From the NCBI GenBank assembly GCA_910592345.1, contig CAJVPI010000201.1:1-43035 (forward strand): a stretch of 43,035 nt of DNA. Direction: 5' to 3'. Origin of the DNA: Paraglomus brasilianum. Lineage: Eukaryota. Below the pieces are notes generated by a model. It saw nothing but the letters and a program-made list of their open reading frames with translations. It had not been told where the DNA came from and did not search any database. Each line of letters opens with the position of its first letter. Within the stretch, counting starts at the first letter, position 1. This document shows positions 24,520-39,356 of the stretch, piece after piece. The translations under genes were made by a program, and so were the position numbers.

Positions 24520-25659
24520 ATGATATTGAATAGACTAGCATCAAAGTTTAATGGAGTGGCCAGACTGTATAATCCAAAAATACTCAATAGTAAGATATTG
24601 TTGGTTTTACAGAGTATTCCGCGACTTACATGCTTAAGCTGCAAAACACATTAATTCCAACTTTATATCATTAACTCGTTACTATTCCACCCCACCTATA
24701 CATAGTAGCCCCGTATCTTACACGGACAGTTCCGCTTAGAACACCTGTCCTATTGAATAAGAGATCATTCTCTTCAACTTCAATTGCCTACCAAGGTATT
24801 CGTGCTCCAATTACCTCAATTTTAACCATGATAATCGATATCTAATGATCCCACCGTCCCTATATTCTTCGCAGCTGCAGAATCTTCATCATCACCCACC
24901 CAAAACCCAGAAACAGGCTCCGAATCTCTGCATGAATATGGCAAATATCTGCTGTCAATGCTCCCCAAATACATTCAACAGTACTCGGTCTATAAAGACG
25001 AACTAACAATCTACATAGCCCCATCCTCTCTCATCCCCGTAACAACGTTCTTACGCGATCACACCGGATGTCAATTTAAACAAGTTCAAGACATTTGTGG
25101 AGCTGATTATCCCACTCGCTCGAATCGCTTCGAAGTAGTTTATAACATGTTGAGCGTTCATTACAACGCTCGGATCAGAGTAAAAACCTATGCTGATGAA
25201 GTGACACCTGTGCCGTCTATTGTTAGTCTATTTGAGGGTGCAAATTGGTTCGAGCGAGAGGCATACGATATGTACGGAATATTCTTTGTTGATCATCCGG
25301 ACTTGAGAAGAATTTTGACAGACTATGGCTTCGACGGACATCCATTGAGGAAGGATTTCCCTCTGACAGGATATGTAGAAGTTAGATATGACGAGGAGAA
25401 GAAGAGAGTTGTGGCTGAGCCATTGGAGATGACGCAGGCGTTTAGGAATTTTGAAGGGGCGGCTTCGCCTTGGGAACAGACTGGTAAGTTGATAATTAAA
25501 CATAATTCACATGTATCGATCGATCTTTACCCTTTTGTCTTGTTGATAATCTAACATTACTCTTCAAATTTTGCAGGTCCTGGACAGGATAATCGTCCTG
25601 AATCGTTTAAACTGGAAAATCTTCTGCCCAAGCCAGAGACAAAGAAAGAAAGCAAATAA
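24520..25659 (+). CDS. NDUFS3: NADH:ubiquinone oxidoreductase 30 kDa subunit (NDUFS3/Nad9 family), 4 exons
   Basis: [65 protein letters not shown]; spliced presequence exons from ATG 24520. Confidence 0.96.
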
Positions 25660-25926
25660 TCTAATCCAAACGCTATTTATTGAATCATCAACGGAAGAGA
25701 GCGTCGGGATGAATACTTTTCATTGAAGTAATTATTAAGTGAGGTTGCAGTAGAGTATGATGAGATAGAAAGCCCTTTCGTATATGTATTATAGGAATAC
25801 AAAACGTCTCTCGTGTGCTCGAGTTATAGTCGATTTTGCAACCGAAATTTTGTCAATTCTATTCTTCTGTACAGGCCCTATGAAAGTTTTTATCTGCAGA
25901 TTCACATGCTGGTTGTACCGTTGATA

Positions 25927-27945
25927 TTATAACGACAAGATTCGATAGTAATCTTCTTCGATACTAATATATGTCTCGGCGAGTTTTTCTATTCTTTCCG
26001 ACTTACTCATTTGGCAGAGTACGTCCTATTGAAGAAAATTGAGAGAATATAATTGACATATGTACACAGACATGTTTGGACGACAAAATAATAAACAGGG
26101 GACAGACCTTGTTATGATTATATAATCGTTTTTTCACTTGTATTCGATATGCCTTGTAAGCGTTAACATCCGATTTATTCAGTCTCTTCAACATTAACAT
26201 TTCTATGCATCTATGCATCTGTCGCTATTAAAATAATTTCATCAAAAGAATGTTACTTATTGTACCAATTACTTATCACATTCGTCATTGAACTAACCTG
26301 ATCCAGCTTGCATTTTCGGCGCACTTCCTCTACTTTGCTTTTATCTAATGGTATGGGGAGACCTTCGACTATTTTATTTTCCACGAGATACATTAAATCA
26401 TTTTTATCTCGGAGATCGCTAAAAGCATCATTGGGATCTTCGACTGGTGAATGTATTTACCACATTAGCTGACAAACGTATTATGCAACATTAGAAATTA
26501 CAACTACTCGTTACCAGTCAGTTCTTTGATCCATGGATTAGCCAATAAATTCCTATAAAGAGCCTGATACAGTCTGCCTATTGACAACAAATTACAATCA
26601 AAGGTAAACGCATATAATAATTGTTCTATAACATATATAACTTACTTCCATGATCTTGTTTCTGATAAGGAGGTAGAATCAGAAATTGACTACAAACATT
26701 AAATAAAAATGACGCAAACCACGATAAATACGTTAACTCTGCAATGGCATCCAAAAGATATGCCCACTAAAGTTGCTTCCCATACCTTATCCTCAATCTT
26801 GTAGAATACGAAAAGTTCGACGTTTCATTTAATTCATTGGATATGTCTTTGATTTCCGATAACGGTTTAGAACCTTCACATTTCTCGTAAAAGAAGAATG
26901 CATACATCGTACAATAGCCTATTATATTATATATATTTGAATCGCCTGTTGACTTTTTCTGGAAGCTGGAATATCACGGCGATTAGTTTGTACCTGCGAA
27001 AAGTTAAGCAAGCGATTTGAAATGTGTTGTCTTATTAGACTATATACTCACACAAGAGCAATCTCCCATTTCTCATCATCCTCGTTAATATAGCGTGCAC
27101 CATCAATATATAAAAGCACAAATAGCTGAAGTCTACTGTGATATTCTTTGAAACCAGGCGTGTTAAAATTGGCCTACATGACGATAAGAATAACCAGTTA
27201 AATTTCTATCACGATCAAAGTAAATGTTCTCCATGTACAAATACAAACCTTGTAAATCTCGTAAACCGTACTGTCGTCATCCGAAAGGCGGTATTCGCTT
27301 ATCTTCTCGCCCATTGGAACAAACGCATGCGTATCTTTCTGCACTCTTTGAAGAAATGTGTCGTAGTTTGTCATAAAGCCTATCACACATATTACAGAAA
27401 GGTGAACCATTTTGTCGGTATTAGCCTTTTCGGTTTCCCCATTGATAATTGCTTGTCAATTTGACTATTTCACACTTATCACTTGTGGTTTATTCCTTCT
27501 TTCTCCTTTTCATCCTCTAAATCGTTCGACTCGTTTACCTTCGGGTATGTATTCTCGTATGATTCCAATAACATCAGTTGGCTTGGCACCGGGCAAATGA
27601 TCAGAAATCTTTTCGTCATAACTTACATCCAAATATGTTACCAGACTTCCCGCAGCGTAGTAGAGCTTTATCTTTAAGTTTTTGTACCCGTATATCTGTT
27701 GCAATGGACCGAAAAGACTATAAGTGAATTGGGGCAACAATTGGTGGTATTCGCCTTCGGGATGTTCGTATGGATCGGATGTGTGTGCACAGACTTGGAA
27801 GCAGAAGGGAGTATGAAAAAATGGCTCAAAACAAACAACGCAATCAATTGCTAAAATAAAACTATGAGTGGTTACCAAGACGTAGTTTTAAAACGTCGTT
27901 GGCGTTGCAGACCCATTCTTCTTGGTTCACAGTCGTTATAGTCAT
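25927..27945 (-). CDS. HAT1: Histone acetyltransferase type B catalytic subunit (multi-exon)
   Basis: EEWVCNANDVLKL; FTYSLFG..QIYGYKNLKIKLYY; LFVLLYIDGARYINEDDEKWE; RLRISQFLILPPYQKQDHG; LTVEDPNDAFSDLRDKND; YRIQVKKRLY. Confidence 0.93.
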
Positions 27946-28863
27946 TATGTTTTTAATAAACAACGCAGCTAAATCTGTTGAAATTGAGGTAAAGACGGAC
28001 GCCCTACCAAACATTATATTGTCGAGAAATTAGTATAAGCGGTTCATTTTACCAAACATTAACATTCTCGTAAGAATGTTGAAAGCAATTAAATGAATTA
28101 AACCTATGACATTTATTTTGCAATATAGCTCCCACTATCTTCTTTACGCGCTCACCACGCGTTCTCGTATCCTATACGGAATGCTTCAAATCACACACCT
28201 TTTCTTTTTAATAACCGTGCTATACGCAAGCAAACGACAGAGTTTTTACGCAAACAATAAACTGTTTGATTCGAATATCGAATTAGAATGTATCCAAGTC
28301 ACGAAGATGTTTAATAACATTTCCTAATATTAATATTGTTGTACACGTGGGCAAAAATGGGGAATTCAGATTATATTATTTATTATAAATGTATTGTCGT
28401 TAATTCTTGCACTTTGAAGTCGGGGAAATCACTGAAAGTTCCCAACACCATGAAAGATATTTATGGAATTTACAGAAGAACACTTATAATCATATCTCTT
28501 TGATTTGTAACTTGCGGCTGATTGTCATTAGCGTTAGCATCTTAATGACTGCATTTGTTATGGTAGCACTCAAATAGTAAGTACAAATTCTTCGGCTTAA
28601 ATCACGGTTTACTCGTAACCATCAAGATACTGTCCGAAACTTTGAGAACGAAGTCCAGAAGAATCCAGACACTCTTATTAGCAAATTAGTTTAATAGTTA
28701 ATAATATCCTTTTCCTTTATTTTGATAATTATTGAAACCCTCTAGTTTATCTACATCTGAAGACAATCCATGCTACATTTGACTCAACTGCAAATTCGAC
28801 AAATATCCTATTATTACTATTACTATACAAAATTATCAACTAAAAAGGGATTCACACGTCCAA

Positions 28864-31800
28864 TCATGGCGAAGGTCCAGGAGGTGTCGGCGGTGGTGTA
28901 AGACTCAACTGACTCCTAATGTGGTCAATCAATCCCGATCCATTGCTCATTGCTTGACTATTCTGGCTGCTATTTGGTGACATCGGTACCAGATTTCTTG
29001 TTGCAGCAGACTTGTGTACCTCATCCAAAGCCTTTATCATATCATCATACTCTTCTAAACGAGATGGAACGCGAACATTGTCATTGTTGTTCTCTGGAAG
29101 GCGACTCCATCTATCATCAACGCTTACATCAACGTTCTTCTGAGTTTCATCCCATTGGGACTTGAGGGCGTCTAACTCATTTGCTATCGAATCAAGAGCA
29201 CCAGAGTTTCGCGGGCTATTGTCGCGAATGTTTACTTCGATACCGCGATACGTGTCGACAGCATGCTCCATCTGATCGAGAAGGATTCCAATTTTATGAT
29301 TCAATTCAACGTTTTCCTTTTCAAGTGTTTCTGTCTTGGTACGATATTCACCAATCTCGCGTTCAAGCAAAGTGCGATGCTCATCCCACTGCTGGCGTTC
29401 CATCGAGTGTCTGGTAGTGTCTTGCAACCCATTTTCTTTTCGAGGTGATCCGTTCAAAGCGTTGTCAAGTTCCCGGTTCAAATGTTCATTCAGATTCAAT
29501 GTCTCTTCCAATTCTGTTCGAGTTGCTTGGAGCACTTCTTGCGCCCGTTTTAGTTCAGCTCCAAGATTATCTAATTGCTGAGTGGTTTGAGCATGAAGAT
29601 TCTTGAGAGTCTCGTATTCTTTCCGTAGTACTTCATATTCTTGATCCATCATTGCTTTATCGTTATTTGAGCGCTCTAATTGTACTTGAATATCAGTCAG
29701 TTGTTGCTGCAGAGCTTGCTTTTCTTTATCAAAGTCTTTTCGCTGTTCTTCAAGACGTGCATTAGCATATTCTTGTATCCGAGATTCACGAGCGCCTCTT
29801 CTGACTGTCATTTGATTTTCTGCATCTGCCAATTTCTCCTCAAGGTCCTCAGAACGTTCTTGCATTTGTAATAACTTTTCATTTATCCTTCCATTTTCTG
29901 TTTGACTCCTCGTCAATTCTTCCTTCATTCTTCGCAACATCTTCTCGCTACCTTTGACGTAATGAACCGCGGTTTGATAGTCCGATTCTACTTGCTGCAG
30001 ACGCTGCTTTACTTCGGTTAATTCACGCCTAGAAGCATCAGCATCTGCAACAGCACCCGCATCCGAATCCTTGCTGCTATCCGTGAGTGTATTTGAAGTA
30101 TTTTTATCATTTGCTCGTTCAAGCTGTGATTCAAGGTTTTTTATGCGTCCTTCTGCCTCTTTCGCAATCTGAATTGCTTCCTCACACTTTGCACGAGCTT
30201 CCGAAAGCTGATTTGACGTTTCTGCATGGACGAATCCGAGTTCTGCATATCGAGCTTCTAATTCTTTATACCGTATTGCCATACTGCTCGTTCCGCCATT
30301 GTCAAGAATGCCCTTCTCAGACATGACATCTCTCATCATTCCTATTTTAACGTCGGCCTCCTCAAGCACTTGCGTTTTTGTTTCTAGCTCTCGTTCCTTT
30401 TCACGTATTTTATCTTTCAATCGTGCGATTTCATCCGTAGCTTCGGCCAGCCTTCTTTGTAGGGAAGCATTTTCGGACCGAGACTTGATATTAGTAGCTT
30501 CTAAATGAGAAGTCCTACCCATAGCTTCGGCAAGAGACCTTGAAGCCTCATCGGCTGCAGTCTGACTGTCACTACGAGCAATTTTAAGCTTTTCGACTTC
30601 CTGTTCAAGTTCATTGTATCTACGGGTCAGATCAGAGGTATTGAGGTCATTGGTTCCGGAACGCGACGTATTCAAAAGCTCGGTCATGCTTTCTTGCATT
30701 ACTGCACGAACAGCATCTGCTTCTTTTTGAGCAGTAGCTAATAATCGTTCTAATTCATCAGTTTTTGCATATGCACGATCCAAATCACGCATTTTCACAT
30801 CTAATTCCGCTCTCAGTCCTGCAGCTTCTTTTTCCAAACTAACTATATCTTGACGGTCTTGACGAGCTTGTCTCCATAAAGATTCTGCTTCAGAAGCGCG
30901 CTCATTGGCAGCACCCAAAGCAGTGTTAGCTTTCTCGAGAGCGCGTTGATGTTGATCAAGCGACAATTGTAGTTGAGTTAATTGTCCTTGCGAACCTGAT
31001 GACTTGACACGATGCTGCGCCAATTCAGCGTTAGTTTCCGCCAATCGCGTATTAGCTTGCCTCAGAGAAGTCTCGGCAGCAGTAGCTCTCGAATGCAATG
31101 TAGCCAGTTCGGTTAATACTCGGGCGTGTGATTCTTCCATTTCTTCTGCTCTTGCATTTGCGGCCTTTGCTCGTTCCTCAGCCGATTCTCTTGCTTGTAT
31201 CTCATAACTTGATGATTGTTGGTACTGAATTAATTTAGCTTGAGAGGATTCTTTTTCGGTTAAAGCCTGAGTTAATCGTTTCTCAAGTTCTGCGGCACGT
31301 TGTGATTCAATCTGCGCTAGATCTGTTTCTGACGCGTTCACCAACGCTGTCAATTTGGCTTTGAAATAAGCAGCTTCTTGAAGCGCTGCGGTACGTATAC
31401 GTTCTGACTCTGTGATTTTCAAGGATGCAGTCTGTGCCTGGCTCGCTATTGTTGCTTTGGCTCGACGAAGTTCCTGTTTTACTTTCATCAACGCAACAAT
31501 TAACTTGTATTTATCCGAATTTGGCTCGCCTACATTCAACAATTGTTCTTCAGAATCCTCGGACATGTCGGCATCGCGACTAAAGTCGGGGGAAAAACCA
31601 GCTTTCCGAGCAAAGGCAAGTTCTGTGCGGAACCAGTTTTCTCGTTTTTTCAATAAAGAAATGGCCGCATCTCTTTGTTGCAACTCGCGAAGGAAGCTAT
31701 CTCGTTCTGCATTCGACACAGGGGTGGGAAATTGATCAGCAAGCTTCATAGTTTCCGTCGGGGACATTGGGGAGCGAATGGTCGTTGGACTTCCACTTGA

Positions 31801-34800
31801 TGTTCCTGGTGAGAATGTACCGCCATATAGCACGCTACCTTGTGCTTTGTTAGTATTAACTATCAATTGCTGCGTATTCGTATCAGCGTTTTGATTAACA
31901 CCTGTAAATGATCCCTGGCTTTGTGCAGGCGGCGGATTCATACTTACGCCGCCTTGATTCCCTATATTATTACTCTGCAAACTCAAACCACCCTGAACAC
32001 CCATATTATAATTCTGCATACCCACACCACTTTGGCCTCCGATATTAGTATTATTCTGCATTCCCATACCAACTTGACCTCCCATATTATTATTCTGCAT
32101 TCCCATACCAACTTGACCTCCCATATTATTATTCTGCATTCCGACATTATTCACTCTGACCCCACCCTGCGGTGGCCTTGGCGCTGCTCGCGGGTTAGTA
32201 AAATCCTTTGGCCCATACTCAGCTGCTGTCTTTTCCGGGCCAGATCGGGGCGATCTAAACCCATTTGCTTCTCGAAGATTATCTACACTCCTCTGCTGTC
32301 TACTACCTTGTGGCGAAGGAGTCTGTTTGCGGAGGGATTCGATACTTTGTTTACGCCCAAACGGGGCTTGTGCTGATCCGGGGGGTGTGGTGGGAGTAGA
32401 TTCCATGTACCGGAATTGTTCTGTCGGCGAATTTCTGGCATTGGGCAAGGTCCCATCATTTCGTGTGTTGTCTGGAGACATGCCACGGCTTATCATCTGC
32501 CCTTCAGGACCTCTCGGGGCAATATTGTTACCAGTCATTTGCCTCTTTGGGAACGTCTGTCCGCGAGGACTTCCCTGCCCAGTCCCGTTAGCTTGTTGCC
32601 CTCCATACATTTGATTCGTGTATATCATTCCTTCTGGACCAGTTTTCGGTGAGCCTTGTCGGGGCGGACCCTGAAACCGGGGGTCGTTAGCTCCGTATGG
32701 AATAGGGTCGCCGTATGGAGTTCGCTGATATCTTTGAGCGTCATTTGTGAGTGAGTTTGAACGAGAGTCTGCTAATGATTGGCTGCGGGGGAAAGTTTGA
32801 GTTGGAGATGGTGGGCCACGTAGGCTGTCTCCACTTGACTGGGAGGTAATGGAGCCATTCGGATATCTTTGGTATTGTGTTTGAGTTTGTGTTTGAGGTT
32901 GAGGTTGGGGTGGAGGCGCTTGCTGTGATCTGTTTGAACTGTCAGGATATTTTATTTTGGCTTAACGATACGATATACAAATTAAGAGTGAATTATTGAT
33001 TCATTTGAAGAGTGCTGACATAAAACCACTTTATATATTCTTACCGGTATCTAAAACATGTATTACTCCTGATTCATCGGGTTTAGCTCTGTGAAGACTG
33101 TCACCACCAAGAACAAAAATTTTTTCTCTGCACGCAGACAAAACCGTTGTGTGTCGGGGGTACGGTGATGGTCCCATCTTCTGGAACATGTACCATCGCT
33201 TATCTAATCATCAAAATGTATTTAATTAACATCATGCACTAGTTTAAACACTTTGTATTTGATGTGAGATTTGATACTATGTACACTCATCTCACTGTAC
33301 ATCCCACACTGAAAATTTAAACCGAAATAGTACGAACTTGTGATTCTAAACGCAGCCAAATCACCGAGTTCTTCTCCTTCTGGTCCTTTTCCACCAAATA
33401 CATATAATACGTCTCCTACAAGCGTAGCGCCGTGGCTGTCGCGTGGAAGAGGTATGTAGCCAATACATACAAGCTCTGTCCAGGTATTTGAACGAATGTC
33501 GTAGCACCATGTATCGTTGTAGCGTCTTTTACCATCAGTGCCACCAAATCTGGTAGAAAAGAAAAAAAGGAATAGAGATGCAATGCATTAATACGGTACC
33601 GAAAAGAAGACGATGTCGATATGGAAAGATTAAACAGACTTGGGAATTAGATATTCACTTAAACGAAAACAGAATAATCATAGGAAAATGACACACGTAC
33701 ATGTAAATCTTCTCATTAAATGTTACGGCAACGTGCCCTGATCGTCCAGACGGAGGGTCGTTTGCAGACACAACTACTTCCCATCTTGCTTCACCGGAGT
33801 TCACTGAATATAATTAATATTCTCATTCAATGCGGCTGTTATATTATTATTATTACTGCCTTCCACTTCTAATCTATATCCGAATCTCGCATTTGCCTTC
33901 CGCGGCATGACAGAGCATCTAGAAATCTCTCCAACTCCTTCCCGCCTACTATCGATCTTCCAAACATCCTTCTTCTTTTTTACTTACTTGATGCAGCATC
34001 CAAAGCCAAAAGATCGTTCATGTAGTATCCTTCAGCCTCTCCACCAAAAATATACATCTTTGTCCCTACTGTTGTTGCTGCATGGCCATATCGTGCTATT
34101 GGATGATTGCCTATTATTGTTGGTTGTATCCAACTTTTTGTTTCTGTAGCAGCAGTTGGAAAGAACGTTAATACCTGACTGAACAAGTGAACGATGAAGG
34201 CCATTAAACGAATAGAAATTACCAATATTGAGAATAAAAATATTGTCATCGGGGTTTTCTTCAGGATTTGCGACCAGGCCGCCAAATACTATAGATGAAT
34301 AGAATAATTGGTTTATTTATAGTACGTAAGTTTCATAGTCTTTGATTAACTCATGGAACAATTTTCAAGTTCTTTAAATTCTCGTAAATCGATCCAACAG
34401 AATTGACAGAACTTAATCACTAACCAATCATCTGTTGACCTATGATAACATGAGTGTGTCGACTTCGTGGAGGAGGTATATCACCAGTCGTTGATATTGC
34501 TTGTACGTTGAGTGTGTCTGCAGGATATTAAGAATATGTGGTTGAGTTCGTTTCCACACTATCAGTGTGACATTTATTTAACGTCAACTCGGATTACAAG
34601 CATCTCCTTTCATCACATTCCCACTTCCAATTCCTTCCATGTATACTCACTCGCTTCCAATAGATAAACATCATTCCTAGCTCTGCCTTTTGCTACACCA
34701 CCAAATATAAATATATCATTGTCTCTAGCACTCTGGCTTGCAGAGTGTCCGACTCTCGGAAAAGGATTGGTTATATTAAGCTTTTTTTGTGACCATGGGT

Positions 34801-34843
34801 ATATAGGTCCACTCTTATTAGTAAGTTTTGAAAAGAAAGTCAT
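28864..34843 (-). CDS. Kelch-repeat plus long coiled-coil cell-polarity protein (Tea1/Kel1-like)
   Basis: N-terminal kelch blades over several exons (PFPRVGHSA..IFIFGG, PRSRHT, ARYGHAA..MYIFGG, PLPRDSHGATLVGDVLYVFGG, GPSPYPRHT) followed by a large exon (about 28864-32960) encoding Q/N/G/P-rich and heptad coiled-coil sequence. Confidence 0.88.
31955..32142 (-). repeat. 39-nt coding tandem repeat (MQNNNMGGQVGMG), 2 perfect plus about 3 degenerate copies
   Basis: Identical units at 32051-32089 and 32090-32128; degenerate units MQNNTNIGGQSGVG, MQNYNMGVQGGLS, LQSNNIGNQGGVS. Confidence 0.9.
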
Positions 34844-36378
34844 GAGTACTACTCGATTAGTATATTAAATATCAATATTTTGATTATTGTTCTTCTTTAA
34901 AAGATTCGGATGAGTTATATAAATAGTATTAAGTAATGACTTGAGGTGGGATGAAGTCTATAATAAGGAGTGTTTGTTTATTGAAACAACGTTTAGAACG
35001 TATGTAATAGTAGTGTCTATAGACGTCGTGGTATCTAAGGATATAGAGTGAAATCGGAGGAAGGGAGAGATGGTGTTAGTAGTAGTGTCCGTGATGACTA
35101 TTCTTGGGGAATCTGCAAATTAGCAGAAAAGAGAAAAGGCAAACGTTTAAGCTGGCTGAGTGTTTAGATGTGTTACCACTTTCTATGCTCGCGTTACTCA
35201 CACAATATGTTTCGGCTTTTCTGTTTGTAATGAGCGTAGTCACGTGTAAGAATACGATGAGTTAGAAAGCTCGATGAAATTCAAGAGAATGGAATTTTAT
35301 AAAGCCTTTAGAAAAGACTTGCGAGGACGTCTTGTGCTAAAATATGAATTCGGTCTATATTTGCGGGATTGTTATAATTTATGTGCTATTGTTTGTCCCT
35401 TTGTACATTATTATTAAAACAAGTGATAACTCGGGGTTGTCCCTGTACAGCTATTATTGAAGCATCGCACAGGTACTACACTAGAATCGTATTGTTTGTT
35501 ATATTCGTTTTCGTCATTGTTATGACAACCTCGATTCACGTGGCATGTTTGCAAAAGGTGCTTTACAATTTTAATCTCACAACCCGTGAGTAGGACGGTT
35601 AAACAGCCTCGTACTACAGCATTAGAATGTTTCTGTTGGCGCATAATTATAATTGTGTAAACATACAGCTTAAAGTTAATGTTACATCAAAATAATCATC
35701 CAAGTCCTAAACCCTATTAATCGAGCAGATCGACCCGCGCAAGAATGTGATGGTTGATATTGTGCCCAATAAGGTGATAAATTAGCAATGTGTGTTGTAA
35801 TGTCCTTTGTGCATGGTTAGTTTCCCTATTTGTAAAAAGTGTGAAGGTTAATCCGATTTAAATACTTGGAGATGGAGACAGTTACACTCTGCCAGCGCGT
35901 GCAGGACACTATTACACAACTGCGAAACCAATCAATTAATAATCGGATGTTCACGACCCAATAATCCTGCACCGATTTCTGCAAGCTTTTTATTGGTTGA
36001 CGTTACCTTGGTAATCGGAGGCATTAAGCATGTTTATCTCGTTATAGGATTGCATCTAATTCTTGAGACAAGTACGCATATGCAGTGTCGACCATCTGCA
36101 TGTGTTTTTACTGAACTAACTTCAAACTGTCAGGCATCCTGAAAAAGATCTCCCTTCCATTAGATGCAAGCAGCTCGGCTAAATTATATATTAATCTAGT
36201 GGCAAATTTGAAATTAAAGCTCGAGTCAGAATAGACATTGTAGCAACAAAAAAGTACAGTTTATATACAGCATGTGACAAGCATGCAAGCTTGTGGTTGC
36301 CTCGATTATCTTTCGTTTAGTTAGTAAATTGCCTCCCTAATATTAAAAATGTGGATGGCTAAAAGCAATGCAAAAACG

Positions 36379-36410
36379 CCTTTGAAACCCCCTTTGAAAC
36401 CCCCTTTGAA
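36379..36410. repeat. 12-bp tandem repeat CCTTTGAAACCC, about 2.7 copies
   Basis: Direct reading. Confidence 0.85.
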
Positions 36411-37951
36411 TTAATAATTACTGTATCTGAGCATCTCATCCAGATCAATGCTGTAGGAAACTCAAGTTGCTAATGACCAGTTTTGAATAATACAGCGAAT
36501 ACAATTTATTAAACCTCATGCAGTTGACGTCAATTACAACGATTATGTTCTATATTCAAAATCATAATTCAGAGTACGTGGTATATCCATCTTAATCTAA
36601 TGGTCGGAGGTTTTTATTAAATCAGGCATGTTATTCGTAATAGAAGAACCAACAGCATCAAGTCAAAGTTGTTGGTAACATTACATACTAAATACAGAGG
36701 CAAATCTTTAACTGGTTGAGATTTTTTGTCGGAAGCGTGAGAGAATTTTGCTTATTGAAATACATTACAAGATTTTATCTGGTAAATCGTCGAAATCCTA
36801 GTTCCAGAAATATATCAGCCAACTATTTATATCGGTTTCCAAAACCAAAAACTGTTTCACTACGCCAAAAAAAAACCCTCAAACATTATTTATTTTTGCC
36901 CAGCGACAATTTTCTAGAGTTATATTCACATGCACTTGTAATCCATTTTGCACTATGTAGTGCATGACAAATGCGAAAGATGAAACGCAAATGACATAAA
37001 CTTCTACATCCTAAAGCGTTATATTCTCTGTGGTATTAAGATTTGAGTAAGAATTGCCCAAATTAGTAGTTGGCGCATGGTATTCACATATAAAATTTCT
37101 GCCACGTGATGGTGATTAAAATTAGTTCACTGCTCCGATTCCTGCATTAGCGACAACGTATTCTTTCTAAAGTTGTCTAGTGTCACTGGTAGAGGAGAAA
37201 ACACCCGAGGTCAAAAAGGCAACTGTGCGGTTGCAACTTGCAGATACTTCCATAACCATTGTCAGATCAGTCATGGGATCCATTATTCGCAATCCAAGAA
37301 GGGATACATACTCGTCCCAACTATGGTCAGACTTAGACTGGGACGCCGACTTTTGGTTCTCCAGTTGAGATCTGTCTGCACAAGCAGTTTGTGTTTACAA
37401 TCCCTTTGATAGCATTATTCTTTTGATCGCGTCAGAGATATCGAGAAATAAAATGTCAAAGTCTGTAGAATTCACGTTATTATTGGGAAGATAGATTAGC
37501 ATGTTACACGTATGAAGTGTGGAACTCACCTCTCCAAAATATTTTCCGTGGCTCGTTTGACAGCTGCACTTTGTGCATCTGTGGCTTAACTGTGCCACTG
37601 ATGACGTAAACTTTATAGCATTCAGAATTTGACGAGAATGGAGCAATAGTAAGAACAGAAAGACCATAATAACCTGTCCGTTGTAATAATAGCGATTTAC
37701 ATGTATTACATGATTACTCGTGAAATACTAATACTAACCTTGATGTATTTTTAAATTCTTATGGGGGTAAGTGTAATCGTGGCGTCCTGCAAATTGTTTA
37801 TGTGGCACAACATCTACAACATGGAGGGAAGTTTTTACACCAATTACGACAACCTGTGCTCGAGCACATAACAATAACGGTCAAAGTTTGTTCCCAGAGT
37901 CCTTGCATCATCTTTCCCTCTACGACACACTCCGATACCCACATAAAGTAA

Positions 37952-39356
<1,405 letters not shown>

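Noticed and set aside
28950..32652. Many plus-strand ORFs inside the kelch/coiled-coil gene, including the HTNLTSHIIIL repeat ORF
   Set aside because: Antisense shadows of a long coding exon and its 39-nt repeat
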